A stretch of DNA of 54,051 nucleotides, taken from contig JAZDCZ010000259.1 in NCBI GenBank assembly GCA_036679605.1, positions 1-54,051 of the forward strand, in the 5' to 3' direction. Of the stretch, positions 38,417-47,736 are shown piece by piece (position 1 is the stretch's first letter; each line of letters starts with the position of its first letter). The stretch comes from Gemmatimonadota bacterium (lineage in GTDB: Bacteria; Gemmatimonadota; Gemmatimonadetes; Gemmatimonadales; GWC2-71-9). Both the position numbers and the translations under genes were made by a program. Below the pieces are notes generated by a model. That model did not search any database and was not told the DNA's origin. It saw only the letters and a list, made by a program, of their open reading frames with translations.

Positions 38417-39399
38417 CAAGGGGCCGTCACTGATTCGTTTTTCGCAACGATCATGCGCACCAGTTCCCTGTCCGAACATTCAACGTTGTCGCCGAGCAAG
38501 GACTGCTCGATCTTCGACCCACTAATTCGGCCGTTTCGCCCGACGATCACATTGGTCAAGCTGCTTCCTTGCACAATCGTTCCGTCGTCAATCGACACAT
38601 TAGGGCCCACGACGCAATCGCTTAGATCGACATTGTCCGCCACGCATACCGGGTCGATGATCCGTACGCCTTCTTTTTCACCAGGCGATCGCGAATGACC
38701 GTTGCTCAATAGGTGAAGGTTCGTCTCGAGCAGCGTTTCGACCTTGCCGCAATCATACCAGCCGTCGACGGCGGCGGTGAGTAGTCTTCTTCCATTGTCG
38801 ATCATGTATTGATAGGCATCGGTCAAAAACCACTCGCCCTTCATTTGCGGCCCAGAGAGTGTGGCATCGATTCCATCGAACAAGCACTGCCAATCGCGGA
38901 CGTAATAGAGGCCGATGTTGGCAAGTTTAGATATGGGCTCTGACGGCTTCTCTACTATCTTCAGCATGTAGCCGTTTTCGTCTGTTACGACCACGCCGAA
39001 CCTTTGATAGTCTTCCACTTCTTTCGCCCAGATGATCCCGTCGGCGTCCGCGCCGTTCACCAATGACAAATCCGCATCGAAAATCGTATCGACGAAAATG
39101 ATCATCACCGGACAATCCACGTATGGCCGAGCCAGGTTCACCGCACCGGCGGTTCCGTCCTGAACTTGTTGTTCGACGAAACGAACGGGAAGATCGCAGG
39201 TATCCCTCACGTATTCCTCAACCTGCTCTTTCAGATGGCCCGTGATGAAGATCAACTCTTCGACATCGAGACCGTCCAGCTTGTCCATCACGTATTCCAG
39301 CACGGGTCGGCCGGCCACACGCAGCAGCGGTTTGGGAACCGATTTGGTCACCGGGAGCAGGCGCGTACCTTTACCGGCTACAGGAAGAATTACTTTCAT
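38416..39399 (-). CDS. Sugar-phosphate nucleotidyltransferase with C-terminal left-handed beta-helix repeats
   Basis: AGKGTRLLP..PKPL, VEKP, WYDCG, hexapeptide-like repeats. Confidence 0.9.
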   Translation of the reverse strand: MKVILPVAGKGTRLLPVTKSVPKPLLRVAGRPVLEYVMDKLDGLDVEELIFITGHLKEQVEEYVRDTCDLPVRFVEQQVQDGTAGAVNLARPYVDCPVMIIFVDTIFDADLSLVNGADADGIIWAKEVEDYQRFGVVVTDENGYMLKIVEKPSEPISKLANIGLYYVRDWQCLFDGIDATLSGPQMKGEWFLTDAYQYMIDNGRRLLTAAVDGWYDCGKVETLLETNLHLLSNGHSRSPGEKEGVRIIDPVCVADNVDLSDCVVGPNVSIDDGTIVQGSSLTNVIVGRNGRISGSKIEQSLLGDNVECSDRELVRMIVAKNESVTAP

Positions 39400-39747
39400 C
39401 TACGCCCTCCCGTAGCGGTCTTCCAGTCGTATCACGTCATCTATCTCCGGAGTGGACGCCTCGAGCATGTCGCTCGCAACAACAGCTTCCATTTGATGAA
39501 CTGTGCCTGGGGTTATGTGATAGCTTTCGCCTTCCACCATACGCCGCTCGGTCAATTCGTCGCCAACCTTTACGCGAAATATGATTTCACCGTGCAGTAG
39601 GTGGATCGTCTCGTCCTTGCTCTCGTGATATTGCAGACTCAAAACGTGACCGGGTTCGATATGGAGGATCTTACCCACATATCGATCGGTCTTTGCCCAG
39701 ATCAGTTCATGACCCCACGGCTTCTCTACACGGTACGGGGCGTCCAA
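39400..39747 (-). CDS. Cupin protein (type II mannose-6-phosphate isomerase-like)
   Basis: VEKPWG, LSLQYH..KDET, VIRLEDRYGR. Confidence 0.85.
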   Translation of the reverse strand: MDAPYRVEKPWGHELIWAKTDRYVGKILHIEPGHVLSLQYHESKDETIHLLHGEIIFRVKVGDELTERRMVEGESYHITPGTVHQMEAVVASDMLEASTPEIDDVIRLEDRYGRA

Positions 39748-39763
39748 GAAACCTCCCTAATTG

Positions 39764-40354
39764 TTAGACAGTTAGAGTGAGGGATGACGGCGCGGTCACG
39801 CAAGCCCTGACGCAAACCCCACATCCCACACAGCCCTCCATTTTCAAGATTGGGCGGCCCTCGTCGTCCAATGAAATCGCATCGTCTCCTACGGGACAGA
39901 CCCGAGCACAAACTCCGCACTCGACATCCTGGAAAGCTATACACCGCTCCGGATCCAATTCCAACTCGGCCATCCGGTAGCCGGCCCAAATATCAGGAGG
40001 CCGAGTCAGCGCATCTGTGGGACAGATATCGGCGCAGAGCATCTCATCACAAACAGTGCAGGGCTGCGTCTTGGGATCGATCGTCGGGGTGCCCGCCGCA
40101 AACCCCCCCGAAGCCGGCACCTTTATGATCGCATTGGCCGGACATACACGTATGCACTCTTCGCAACGCGTGCACGCCGCGATGAACCCCACCTCTTCCA
40201 GAGCACCGGGTGGACGAAAGTACCGAGCGGGAACTACCCTGCGCTCGGTCCGCTTCGTCACCTCCTCCAGCAACCGCCCGAGCGTGGTGCTCAAGAAGTT
40301 GCGCCGGTTGCCCTCGCCGCCGGTCAAAAACTCGGTGCTAGGCTCGCGTGTCAT
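39764..40354 (-). CDS. MauM/NapG-like 4Fe-4S ferredoxin-type protein
   Basis: RPPGA, CTRCEEC..VCP, CTVC..C..ICP, CGVCARVCP, CVGCGVCVRAC. Confidence 0.85.
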   Translation of the reverse strand: MTREPSTEFLTGGEGNRRNFLSTTLGRLLEEVTKRTERRVVPARYFRPPGALEEVGFIAACTRCEECIRVCPANAIIKVPASGGFAAGTPTIDPKTQPCTVCDEMLCADICPTDALTRPPDIWAGYRMAELELDPERCIAFQDVECGVCARVCPVGDDAISLDDEGRPILKMEGCVGCGVCVRACVTAPSSLTLTV

Positions 40355-40628
40355 CGAAACCTAAAAATTGCACAACACTTAGCTCCATCACTAGTAGAGC
40401 GTATCTCCGTTCGCGTCAGTTGGCGAGTGGTCACTTCGCAGGGCGGCAGCCGACGAAACCTTGGCTACAGGCCACTAGCAACTTAAGCACCTGGTAAGAA
40501 AGAGAATCGCTGAGCCGCGGTCTCAAGGTAAACAGCGGCTTTCTCTCCAGAGCGAGCCGGAAATCCCAACCAGTCTCAGTTTGAGTGGTCCTGAAAACGG
40601 GGAGCACCTCAACGCAATCGGCTCAAAT

Positions 40629-40667
40629 GTCCCAAGAACGACCTATAAAGTCCCAAAAACGCCCTAT
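40629..40667. repeat. Tandem 18-bp direct repeat with 21-bp period
   Basis: GTCCCAAGAACGACCTAT (40629-40646) and GTCCCAAAAACGCCCTAT (40650-40667), 16/18 identical. Confidence 0.7.
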
Positions 40668-40788
40668 CCATCCTTCTGCAAACTACACATGCTTAAACAT
40701 GTAGTTCTTGCGCGAGGGCGGTCTATGGTGTGAAGGCAGATACTGTGCTATTCAACCAGAATGCTGACACATTTGTCCGAGACAAGAA

Positions 40789-41430
40789 ATGGCTCATTCA
40801 GGGAAATTCTCTACGAGGTTCGGAGACTTTTTCGGGGACAAACATCAATGTTGTACTCGCCCGCCAGTGAAGCCGACGACTAGGGGAACTGTGCTGGGTG
40901 CGCTCTTGCTATTCCTGTCGACGCACGTGGTACTGGCTCAGGACCGGCAGAAGCACGTAGGTCTCTGGATTGGATTTGGGTTGGGTGGCGGGGCGGAGGT
41001 CGCGGCGGCCAGCGTGATTCCGGTCGAGGGGAAAAGTGGCAAGGCTTTCTATGTCCGTTTTGGAGCCACGCCCAGCCAACGGCTCCTGGTTGGTTTCGAA
41101 GGGATCTACTGGGGCAGCGACGACCTGGTCGACCGCGGGAATTCGAGCATCATTGCACAGTATTTTCCGAGTCGCTCCGGTGGGCTCTTCGTTAAGGGAG
41201 GACTCGGGCTGTCGACGGTCAAGTTGCGCCGTACTACCCAATGGGGCCTTGGCACAACACTTGGCAGTGGGATCGACATTCGTCTGAAGGACAACCTATA
41301 TTTCACGCCGAATGTGGATCTGCTTCTCCTGATTTTCGACGCAGATGACGTCAGGGCGGCGACGCCGACGGCTGAGATTAGGAACACGAATGCGTTGCTA
41401 CTGTTTACGGTAGGCTTGACGTGGCACTGA
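40789..41430 (+). CDS. Outer-membrane beta-barrel protein
   Basis: Signal-like segment VVLA-Q, amphipathic strands, ends VGLTWH; true start probably downstream (about 40867). Confidence 0.7.
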   Translation: MAHSGKFSTRFGDFFGDKHQCCTRPPVKPTTRGTVLGALLLFLSTHVVLAQDRQKHVGLWIGFGLGGGAEVAAASVIPVEGKSGKAFYVRFGATPSQRLLVGFEGIYWGSDDLVDRGNSSIIAQYFPSRSGGLFVKGGLGLSTVKLRRTTQWGLGTTLGSGIDIRLKDNLYFTPNVDLLLLIFDADDVRAATPTAEIRNTNALLLFTVGLTWH

Positions 41431-41504
41431 TTCTATCACTATCGCTGATCGGCTGCACAAAATCGGTAAGCTTGCAGTCGAATGTAGGTTGCGTGAGGGG
41501 GATC

Positions 41505-42119
41505 ATGCGCGCTGTAGCTGTCATTGTCTCGAGCTTCTTTTTCTCTACTTCGCTCACTGCGCAGGGCAGAGTGGACCGGCCGTTCTATCGTATTCATACT
41601 GGTATCACGTTACCGTCTTCGCCCGCCGCATTTTCGGATTTCTGGAATCCCGGTCCTAACGTCGGTGGGTCTGTGGGGATTCCGGTCACGCGGGCATTCG
41701 TGGCGGAAGTTGACTTGCAATACAGCAGGATACCGTTCGACTCCAGGAAACTGCTCAGCCAGCTGGGTGCAACGAGTTCGGGAGTGTCGGTTGACGGTGG
41801 AGAGACCACGATCATCTCCGCATCGGTCAACGCGGTGGTTCGGCTGGTCACCGACGGATCGCGAGTGGCACCTTATTTTGCCGGGGGCTTTGGGTTAACC
41901 CGCCGGTCCATCGGTGACGCAACTGTGGCTGGGGGTGGAGCCTCCGCTCCAATCAACGGAGACTCCGGGACCGACATTCTCGTTGCGTTTGGTGGAGGGC
42001 TGGAGTTCCGGGTGACTCCAGCGACCGGCCTGTTCGTTGACGCCAGGTATTCGATCGGGTTCCAGGCAGGTGAGAATCTCGAGTATCTGCCGGTTCGTAT
42101 TGGCGTCGTCTTCCGGTAG
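41505..42119 (+). CDS. Outer-membrane beta-barrel protein (OmpW/OmpA-membrane-domain-like)
   Basis: GAGGGG then ATG 41505, signal peptide, APYFAGGFG, GGGLEF, FVDARY, ends GVVFR. Confidence 0.75.
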   Translation: MRAVAVIVSSFFFSTSLTAQGRVDRPFYRIHTGITLPSSPAAFSDFWNPGPNVGGSVGIPVTRAFVAEVDLQYSRIPFDSRKLLSQLGATSSGVSVDGGETTIISASVNAVVRLVTDGSRVAPYFAGGFGLTRRSIGDATVAGGGASAPINGDSGTDILVAFGGGLEFRVTPATGLFVDARYSIGFQAGENLEYLPVRIGVVFR

Positions 42120-42352
42120 GCTGACGGCGCAGCTGGGTCCTGGGTTCCGCAGATTCATTCTGCTGACGTAAATGGACACGGTCTCGTCGACGCGCTAAAC
42201 ACAAAGGGATACTGCCGCCATGCCAAGCGGCCAACGGTTGCGGTGCCCTCGAAATATTACACGAACTTACCTAGCCGGAGGCCCCGATGTGTTGCGCGCC
42301 GGTTCCGTCTTGGCCGGTCCGGCCACTTCCTCCCCCAATTATCTTTAGAGAA

Positions 42353-43147
42353 ATGCTAACTGCGTCTTTATCTCTGCTCTTGGCCGTACAAGTCCAAGTT
42401 CCGGCCCCAACGGGTTTCGTCAACGACTTCGCCGGTGTCATCGATCCGCAATCGCGACAGGCAATGCAGAGCCTTATCCAGGAAGTGCGTCAGAAGTCGC
42501 GGGGGGAGATCGTGGTCGTTACGCTGGCAGACTTACAGGGGCGCCCATCTATCGATGTCGCGCGTGACATCGGCCGGCAATGGAAGGTCGGAGCTATGGG
42601 ATCGGCAGGAGACACCGGTCGCAACGCCGGTGTCATTCTCCTGCTGGTGCCCGGAAATCGACCGGGGGACGGGCGTTCCCAGTTGGCGATAGCTACGGGA
42701 ACGGGCGCTGAGGGATTCGTAACCGACGCACAGGCCGGTAGAATCCGCGACGCCATTGGGAGAATCGCGGTCGAAAACAATAGCTACAGCCGAGGTCTAC
42801 TGGCAGGCGTGGTACTATTGGGAAGAGCATATGCCCAGGAGTTCGGGTTTGAACTGACCGGGAACATGCCCGTCGCAGTGCCACAAACCCGTCGGAGACG
42901 GAACCCTCTTGGGCGCCTCATCCCTCTAATCGTGCTCTTCGTGCTGTTCGGGTTGATGTCGGGTCGACGAGGTGGACGGGGTGGACGCGGCGGCGGAATG
43001 CAGTGGCTGCTACTTGGGATGATGCTGGGAGGAGGACATCGGCACGGCGGCGGCGGTTGGGGTGGTGGAGGGTTCGGAGGTGGTGGTTTCGGCGGTTTCG
43101 GCGGCGGCGGCGGTTTCGGCGGCGGCGGAGCATCGGGGAGTTTCTGA
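42353..43147 (+). CDS. TPM domain protein with TM helix and Gly-rich tail
   Basis: GFVNDFAGVI, EIVVVT, IATGTGAEG.VTD, GGFGGGGASGSF. Confidence 0.88.
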   Translation: MLTASLSLLLAVQVQVPAPTGFVNDFAGVIDPQSRQAMQSLIQEVRQKSRGEIVVVTLADLQGRPSIDVARDIGRQWKVGAMGSAGDTGRNAGVILLLVPGNRPGDGRSQLAIATGTGAEGFVTDAQAGRIRDAIGRIAVENNSYSRGLLAGVVLLGRAYAQEFGFELTGNMPVAVPQTRRRRNPLGRLIPLIVLFVLFGLMSGRRGGRGGRGGGMQWLLLGMMLGGGHRHGGGGWGGGGFGGGGFGGFGGGGGFGGGGASGSF

Positions 43148-43905
43148 TGGCCAAGAAGACAAACGAAAAAATCGAAAAGTTTGCTTCCGTCCTGGAAGAA
43201 CAATTGGGAGACAATCTCCTCTCGTTCCTACTGTACGGCTCGGCAGTCAGGAACGATGCCGGAGACAGCGGTGAACTCACAACATTGCTCATAGTGCAAG
43301 ACGCCTCGCCGTCGGCGCTTCGACCCGCCGAGGCCTCCATCGCCGGATGGACGAAGAAGGGAGATCCACCTCCTCTCATTTTCTCTGACCGCGAGTGGCG
43401 CTCGTCGTCCGACGTCTTCCCAATTGAGATCGAGGAGATGCGGGACGCCAATCGGCTGCTCAGGGGCAAGGATCCCCTGGACGGCGTTGAGACAAACAAG
43501 GAAGATCTGCGCCGGGAACTCGAGCGCGAAGCTCGCGGAAAACTCTTGCAGCTCAGAACGCAGTTCGCAGCGGTTGCCGCCGACGGCAAGGCTTTGGGAA
43601 ACTTGCTGACCGGTTCTATCGTAACATTCTTTATACTGTTTAGGGCGGTGCTGCGCCTCACCAGGCACACGCCGCCTCGCGAGCCCCGTGCCTTGATCGC
43701 CAAAACCGCTGACGTCACTGGGTTGGATGCAGATGCATTCGAGTGGGTGCTCAAGAAACTCTCGGGTGACAAACCATCGAATCTCAAGGCCTACGATGCC
43801 ATAGGAGATAATTTTGTAATGCAAATAGAGAGCCTAGCACACTTCGTCGACTCGTTCGAGACAACGAGTGCGGAGAGTGTCCCCGACGGAGGTAACAACG
43901 AATGA
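43147..43905 (+). CDS. Nucleotidyltransferase-fold protein with degenerate active site
   Basis: LLYGSAVR, DVFPIE; ATG 43147 overlaps the upstream TGA. Confidence 0.75.
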   Translation: MAKKTNEKIEKFASVLEEQLGDNLLSFLLYGSAVRNDAGDSGELTTLLIVQDASPSALRPAEASIAGWTKKGDPPPLIFSDREWRSSSDVFPIEIEEMRDANRLLRGKDPLDGVETNKEDLRRELEREARGKLLQLRTQFAAVAADGKALGNLLTGSIVTFFILFRAVLRLTRHTPPREPRALIAKTADVTGLDADAFEWVLKKLSGDKPSNLKAYDAIGDNFVMQIESLAHFVDSFETTSAESVPDGGNNE

Positions 43906-44456
43906 AACAAATAGCTCTTACAGCCCTTGCTGCGTTAACCCTATCGAGCTGTGGCTACAACCGCATTCAGTCGCTCGATGAGCAGGCGACCAGCTTCAAG
44001 AGCCAGATCGAGGTCCAACTACAACGACGTGCCGACCTCGTTCCCAATCTGGTTGCGGTGGTAAAAGGCTTCGCCGAACAGGAAAAGGGGATTTTCGAGA
44101 GTCTTGCCAACGCGCGCGCCCAGTTGGGCGGAGCGGTCCAGAGCGGAGATCTCGCGCAAATGGCCGCCGCCAATCAGGCTCTGACGGGAGCACTCGGTCG
44201 CCTCATAGCCATTGCCGAAGACAACCCCGAGATCCGTTCCAACGAAAACTTCCGAGCACTGCAGGATCAATTGGAGGGGACGGAGAATCGCATCTCGACG
44301 GCTCGACAAGACTACAACAAGGCCGTCCAGGCCTACAACTCGTACATCCGTAGATTTCCGCAAGTGCTCACTGCAAAGATGGTAGGGTCCAAGGCCAGGG
44401 AATACTTCGAGGTCACCGACGAGGCTGCTCGAGAGGCGCCTAAGGTAGAATTCTAG
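43902..44456 (+). CDS. lemA: LemA family protein
   Basis: CGYN, QRRADLVPNLV, LQDQLEGTENRISTAR.DYN. Confidence 0.93.
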   Translation: MKQIALTALAALTLSSCGYNRIQSLDEQATSFKSQIEVQLQRRADLVPNLVAVVKGFAEQEKGIFESLANARAQLGGAVQSGDLAQMAAANQALTGALGRLIAIAEDNPEIRSNENFRALQDQLEGTENRISTARQDYNKAVQAYNSYIRRFPQVLTAKMVGSKAREYFEVTDEAAREAPKVEF

Positions 44457-44471
44457 CGACGGCAGTGGCGG

Positions 44472-45350
44472 TCAGCGTATTTCTACGTTGGCCGCCTTTT
44501 CTATCTGCTTGATCAACTCAACATGATCGGCTTCCGCTGACAGATTCTCGCGAGCCGACTCCAGGGCCCGCTTGACCACCTGGAACGTGTCGTCCGAGAC
44601 ACCCGCGTTTTGCAGAACCTTGAGCGCGATTCCCACGTCCTTGTCCAACAGCGCCAGCCGAAAGGTTCTGGGCCATTCGCGACTGACCACACGCTGAGGT
44701 ATCAGATTCTCAGTCACGTTCGAGCGACCGCTCGAAGAATTGATTACCTCTAGTGCCGTAGTCGCACTGATCCCCAACTTGGCAAGCGCAGCCAGCCCTT
44801 CACCGGCCGCCTGAATGTTCACGGCCAGCAGCGCCTGGTTGATCGCCTTGACCGCGTGACCGGCACCGACGGGGCCGACGTGAATGAACCGACCGGTAAA
44901 CGGAGCGGTGATCGCCCTTGCCCGTTCAACGTTCGCATCACTCCCACCGGCCATCACCGTCAAAGTCCCGGCTACGGCTCCGCCCGTTCCGCCACTCACA
45001 GGAGCGTCTACAAAACCAACTCCACGCTCCGTAAGCCATTCGGCGGTAGACCTTGCCCCAGCGGGGTCACCGGAAGTCGCATCGACGAGTAGTTGCCCCT
45101 CATGCCATCCATCTGAGGCGGTTTCTACAACTTCGCTCACTTCAACTGATGTGGGGAGGCAGGTTACGACGACGTCTGCCCAAGACACGAGTTCGGGAAC
45201 TGTGTTCGCCACGGAAGCACCAAACTCGCGGCCGAATGCTGCCGCACGGCTGGACGTTCGGTTCCAAACTCTGGTCTCAAATGTCTTCGCCAAATGGCCC
45301 GCCATCGGGCGGCCGATTGCGCCCAGGCCTACGAAACCGACTTTATCCAA
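44472..45350 (-). CDS. 3-hydroxyisobutyrate dehydrogenase-family NAD(P)-dependent oxidoreductase
   Basis: GFVGLGAIG, DAPVSGG, AVKAINQ, LLDKD. Confidence 0.9.
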   Translation of the reverse strand: MDKVGFVGLGAIGRPMAGHLAKTFETRVWNRTSSRAAAFGREFGASVANTVPELVSWADVVVTCLPTSVEVSEVVETASDGWHEGQLLVDATSGDPAGARSTAEWLTERGVGFVDAPVSGGTGGAVAGTLTVMAGGSDANVERARAITAPFTGRFIHVGPVGAGHAVKAINQALLAVNIQAAGEGLAALAKLGISATTALEVINSSSGRSNVTENLIPQRVVSREWPRTFRLALLDKDVGIALKVLQNAGVSDDTFQVVKRALESARENLSAEADHVELIKQIEKAANVEIR

Positions 45351-45879
45351 GCATCTGTCGCCGGAGACTCACGATTCGGCGGCGTAGGGATCCATCCATG
45401 ATCCGATCGCCGATTCGTACTATGAGCCCTCCGAGAATTTCCGGGTCCTTGCGAAAGTGTGGGATCACTTCCTTGCCTATCAACTCGCTCAAGCGACTCC
45501 GCACAACTTTCTGGAGATCGCTGTCGGGCTCACGTGCCATCGTTACGCCTGCATGCACGCGGTTGAACTTCTCATCTACCAACGCAAGGTACTCTTGCGA
45601 AATCGTGCCCAAGATACCCTGCCGCCCCCGTCTGATTACGGCAGCCAGAAATCTGATGAACTCGGCTGAGGCAACTCCCTCGAGAGCGCGGCCGATGATT
45701 TCCTGTTTTTTCATCTTCGTCACACGAGGAGACTCCAGCACCAGGCGAATCTTCTCTTCGCCGGCGACCGCCGCGGCCAGAGCCTCCATCAAGTCGGCGT
45801 AACGTTCCGTCCGCTCCGATCGCTCACCTAACACGAATAGGGCCTCTGCGTAGTTTCGCGCGATCGTGCTTTCTCTCAA
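45343..45879 (-). CDS. atpH: ATP synthase delta subunit
   Basis: IARNYAEALF, ILGGLIVRIGD..DGS; operon position. Confidence 0.93.
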   Translation of the reverse strand: MRESTIARNYAEALFVLGERSERTERYADLMEALAAAVAGEEKIRLVLESPRVTKMKKQEIIGRALEGVASAEFIRFLAAVIRRGRQGILGTISQEYLALVDEKFNRVHAGVTMAREPDSDLQKVVRSRLSELIGKEVIPHFRKDPEILGGLIVRIGDRIMDGSLRRRIVSLRRQMLG

Positions 45880-46418
45880 CTTTGCTTCTCCAGTGAGCCC
45901 AGATAGTCTTCCACGATCTTGCGGTCCATCTGACTATCCACTTTCTGCTGAATTAGCTTGGCCGCTGCGGCAAGCGACAGGTCAACCGCCTCGCGCCGCA
46001 GTTCGGTAACCGCGCGCTCGCGCTCCGCCTCGATCTCGCGCTTGGCCCGAACCAGCAATTGTTCTTGTTCTTCACGGGTCTTCTCGAGTAACTGCTCTCG
46101 CTCCTTTTCGGCAAGCGACTTTGCGTCGGCAATCAGAGCCTGCGCCGTGCTTTTCGATGCCGCGAGGAGCTTGTTGTGTTCCTCCAGCGCGGCCTGCGCC
46201 TCAGCGTTCAGCTTATCTGCTTGCTCCAGCTGGCCGGTGATGCGCTGCTCTCGTTCTTCGACTGAACGGACGATTACCGGCCACACCCACTTGGTCAAAA
46301 TGCCGAACAGGAGCCCAAAGATGATGAGCGTCCAAAACATCATGCCGGTATTGATGCTGAACGGAGAGAACGCCTCGCCTTCCTCCGCGTGCTGGAGAAC
46401 CAAATTGATGGCTAACAC
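45876..46418 (-). CDS. atpF: ATP synthase subunit b
   Basis: N-terminal TM (FWTLIIF...WP), EREQRI, long coiled coil. Confidence 0.93.
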   Translation of the reverse strand: MLAINLVLQHAEEGEAFSPFSINTGMMFWTLIIFGLLFGILTKWVWPVIVRSVEEREQRITGQLEQADKLNAEAQAALEEHNKLLAASKSTAQALIADAKSLAEKEREQLLEKTREEQEQLLVRAKREIEAERERAVTELRREAVDLSLAAAAKLIQQKVDSQMDRKIVEDYLGSLEKQS

Positions 46419-46697
<279 letters not shown>

Positions 46698-46710
46698 CTA
46701 CAACTCCTCT

Positions 46711-46871
46711 GCATCAAAGGGAGATTGCGTTTCGCATGCGCTTCCCGGTTCACAACCGCTTCTCCCGAACGACTGCTTCACGGCGACCCACCAACGGCCC
46801 GTGGGCCAGTGGGTTTCCCCGGCCATTCGGCCAGGTACGTTTTTGATGCGGGCCGAAGCGCGTGGTCCGCA
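46711..46871 (-). promoter_or_regulatory. Candidate structured cis-regulatory RNA between atpB and atpE
   Basis: Closing stem GCATCAAA/TTTGATGC enclosing several hairpins; G-U pairs work on the mRNA strand. Confidence 0.5.
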
Positions 46872-46893
46872 CTGTGCTACTTTATGCTCGACC

Positions 46894-47736
46894 TCAATGC
46901 TCGTGCTGCATGAGCCCAATGAAGACACTGGTCAGCAGTGCGAATATATACGCCTGCAGAAACGCAACGAACAACTCCAGCGCTAGCATAAACAGAACGA
47001 ACCCCGTCGAAAACCCTGCTACGAACCATCTAACGTAGGGCACAGTACCAAACAGGAAGATCAGGCCCATCAGCGATAGGATGACAAAATGTCCCGCGGT
47101 CATGTTCGCGAACAGTCGCAAGCAAAGAGCGAATGGTTTGACGAACTTCCCTATCAATTCCACGGGGGTCATGATCAACGCCATCATCACCGCCGCCATG
47201 CCCTTCATTCCTTCAGGCACCATGACAATCGTTTTCATGTAACCCATCGGCCCCAGCGCGACCATACCGGAGATCTCGATCGCCAAGAACGCCGTGACTG
47301 CCAGCGTTGCGGTTACCGCAATGTTACCCGTTGCCGTAGCACCCCACGGCAAGAGACCCAGTATGTTGCAGTAGAGAATAAAGAAAAACAGGGTCGCGAT
47401 ATATGGAGCGAACTTCGCTCCGGCCGGGCCGATATTGCCTATCGCAATGTCGTCACGCAGAAACAACACCAGCGCCTCGATGGCGCCACCGAACCCTGCC
47501 GGCGCTTTCCCCTGCTTATGCCGGCGTTCGATGGACCGAGCTGCCACAATCATTGTCACCAACACAAGCACGGCAGCAAGAATCATGAAGACCACGTGTT
47601 TGGTCGGAGATACGTTGACACCCAAGAGGTACCAGTCCGATGGCAAATGCCATTCGAATCCGAAGGGAAACTCGATAACACGGCTATCCGCCGTGTGTTC
47701 GAGCACCATTCCACCGATATCGGGTGTCTGTATCAT
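46894..47736 (-). CDS. atpB: ATP synthase subunit a
   Basis: TLFFFIL..NILGLLP, LRLFANMTAGH, LQAYIF; ATGA overlap at 47736. Confidence 0.95.
   Translation of the reverse strand: MIQTPDIGGMVLEHTADSRVIEFPFGFEWHLPSDWYLLGVNVSPTKHVVFMILAAVLVLVTMIVAARSIERRHKQGKAPAGFGGAIEALVLFLRDDIAIGNIGPAGAKFAPYIATLFFFILYCNILGLLPWGATATGNIAVTATLAVTAFLAIEISGMVALGPMGYMKTIVMVPEGMKGMAAVMMALIMTPVELIGKFVKPFALCLRLFANMTAGHFVILSLMGLIFLFGTVPYVRWFVAGFSTGFVLFMLALELFVAFLQAYIFALLTSVFIGLMQHEH

Noticed and set aside
40501..40546. Imperfect stem-loop AGAGAATCGCTG...CAGCGGCTTTCTCT as an ncRNA
   Set aside because: Single hairpin with no family hallmarks; insufficient support
43040..43135. GGCGGCGGTTTC-type tandem repeats
   Set aside because: They encode the normal Gly/Phe-rich tail of TPM proteins; not CRISPR or an independent VNTR
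46698..46928. 76-aa ORF in the atpB-atpE spacer; also a Na+ riboswitch
   Set aside because: The ORF overlaps atpB and has no coding features; subunit c lacks the Na+ signature and no known aptamer consensus was recognised
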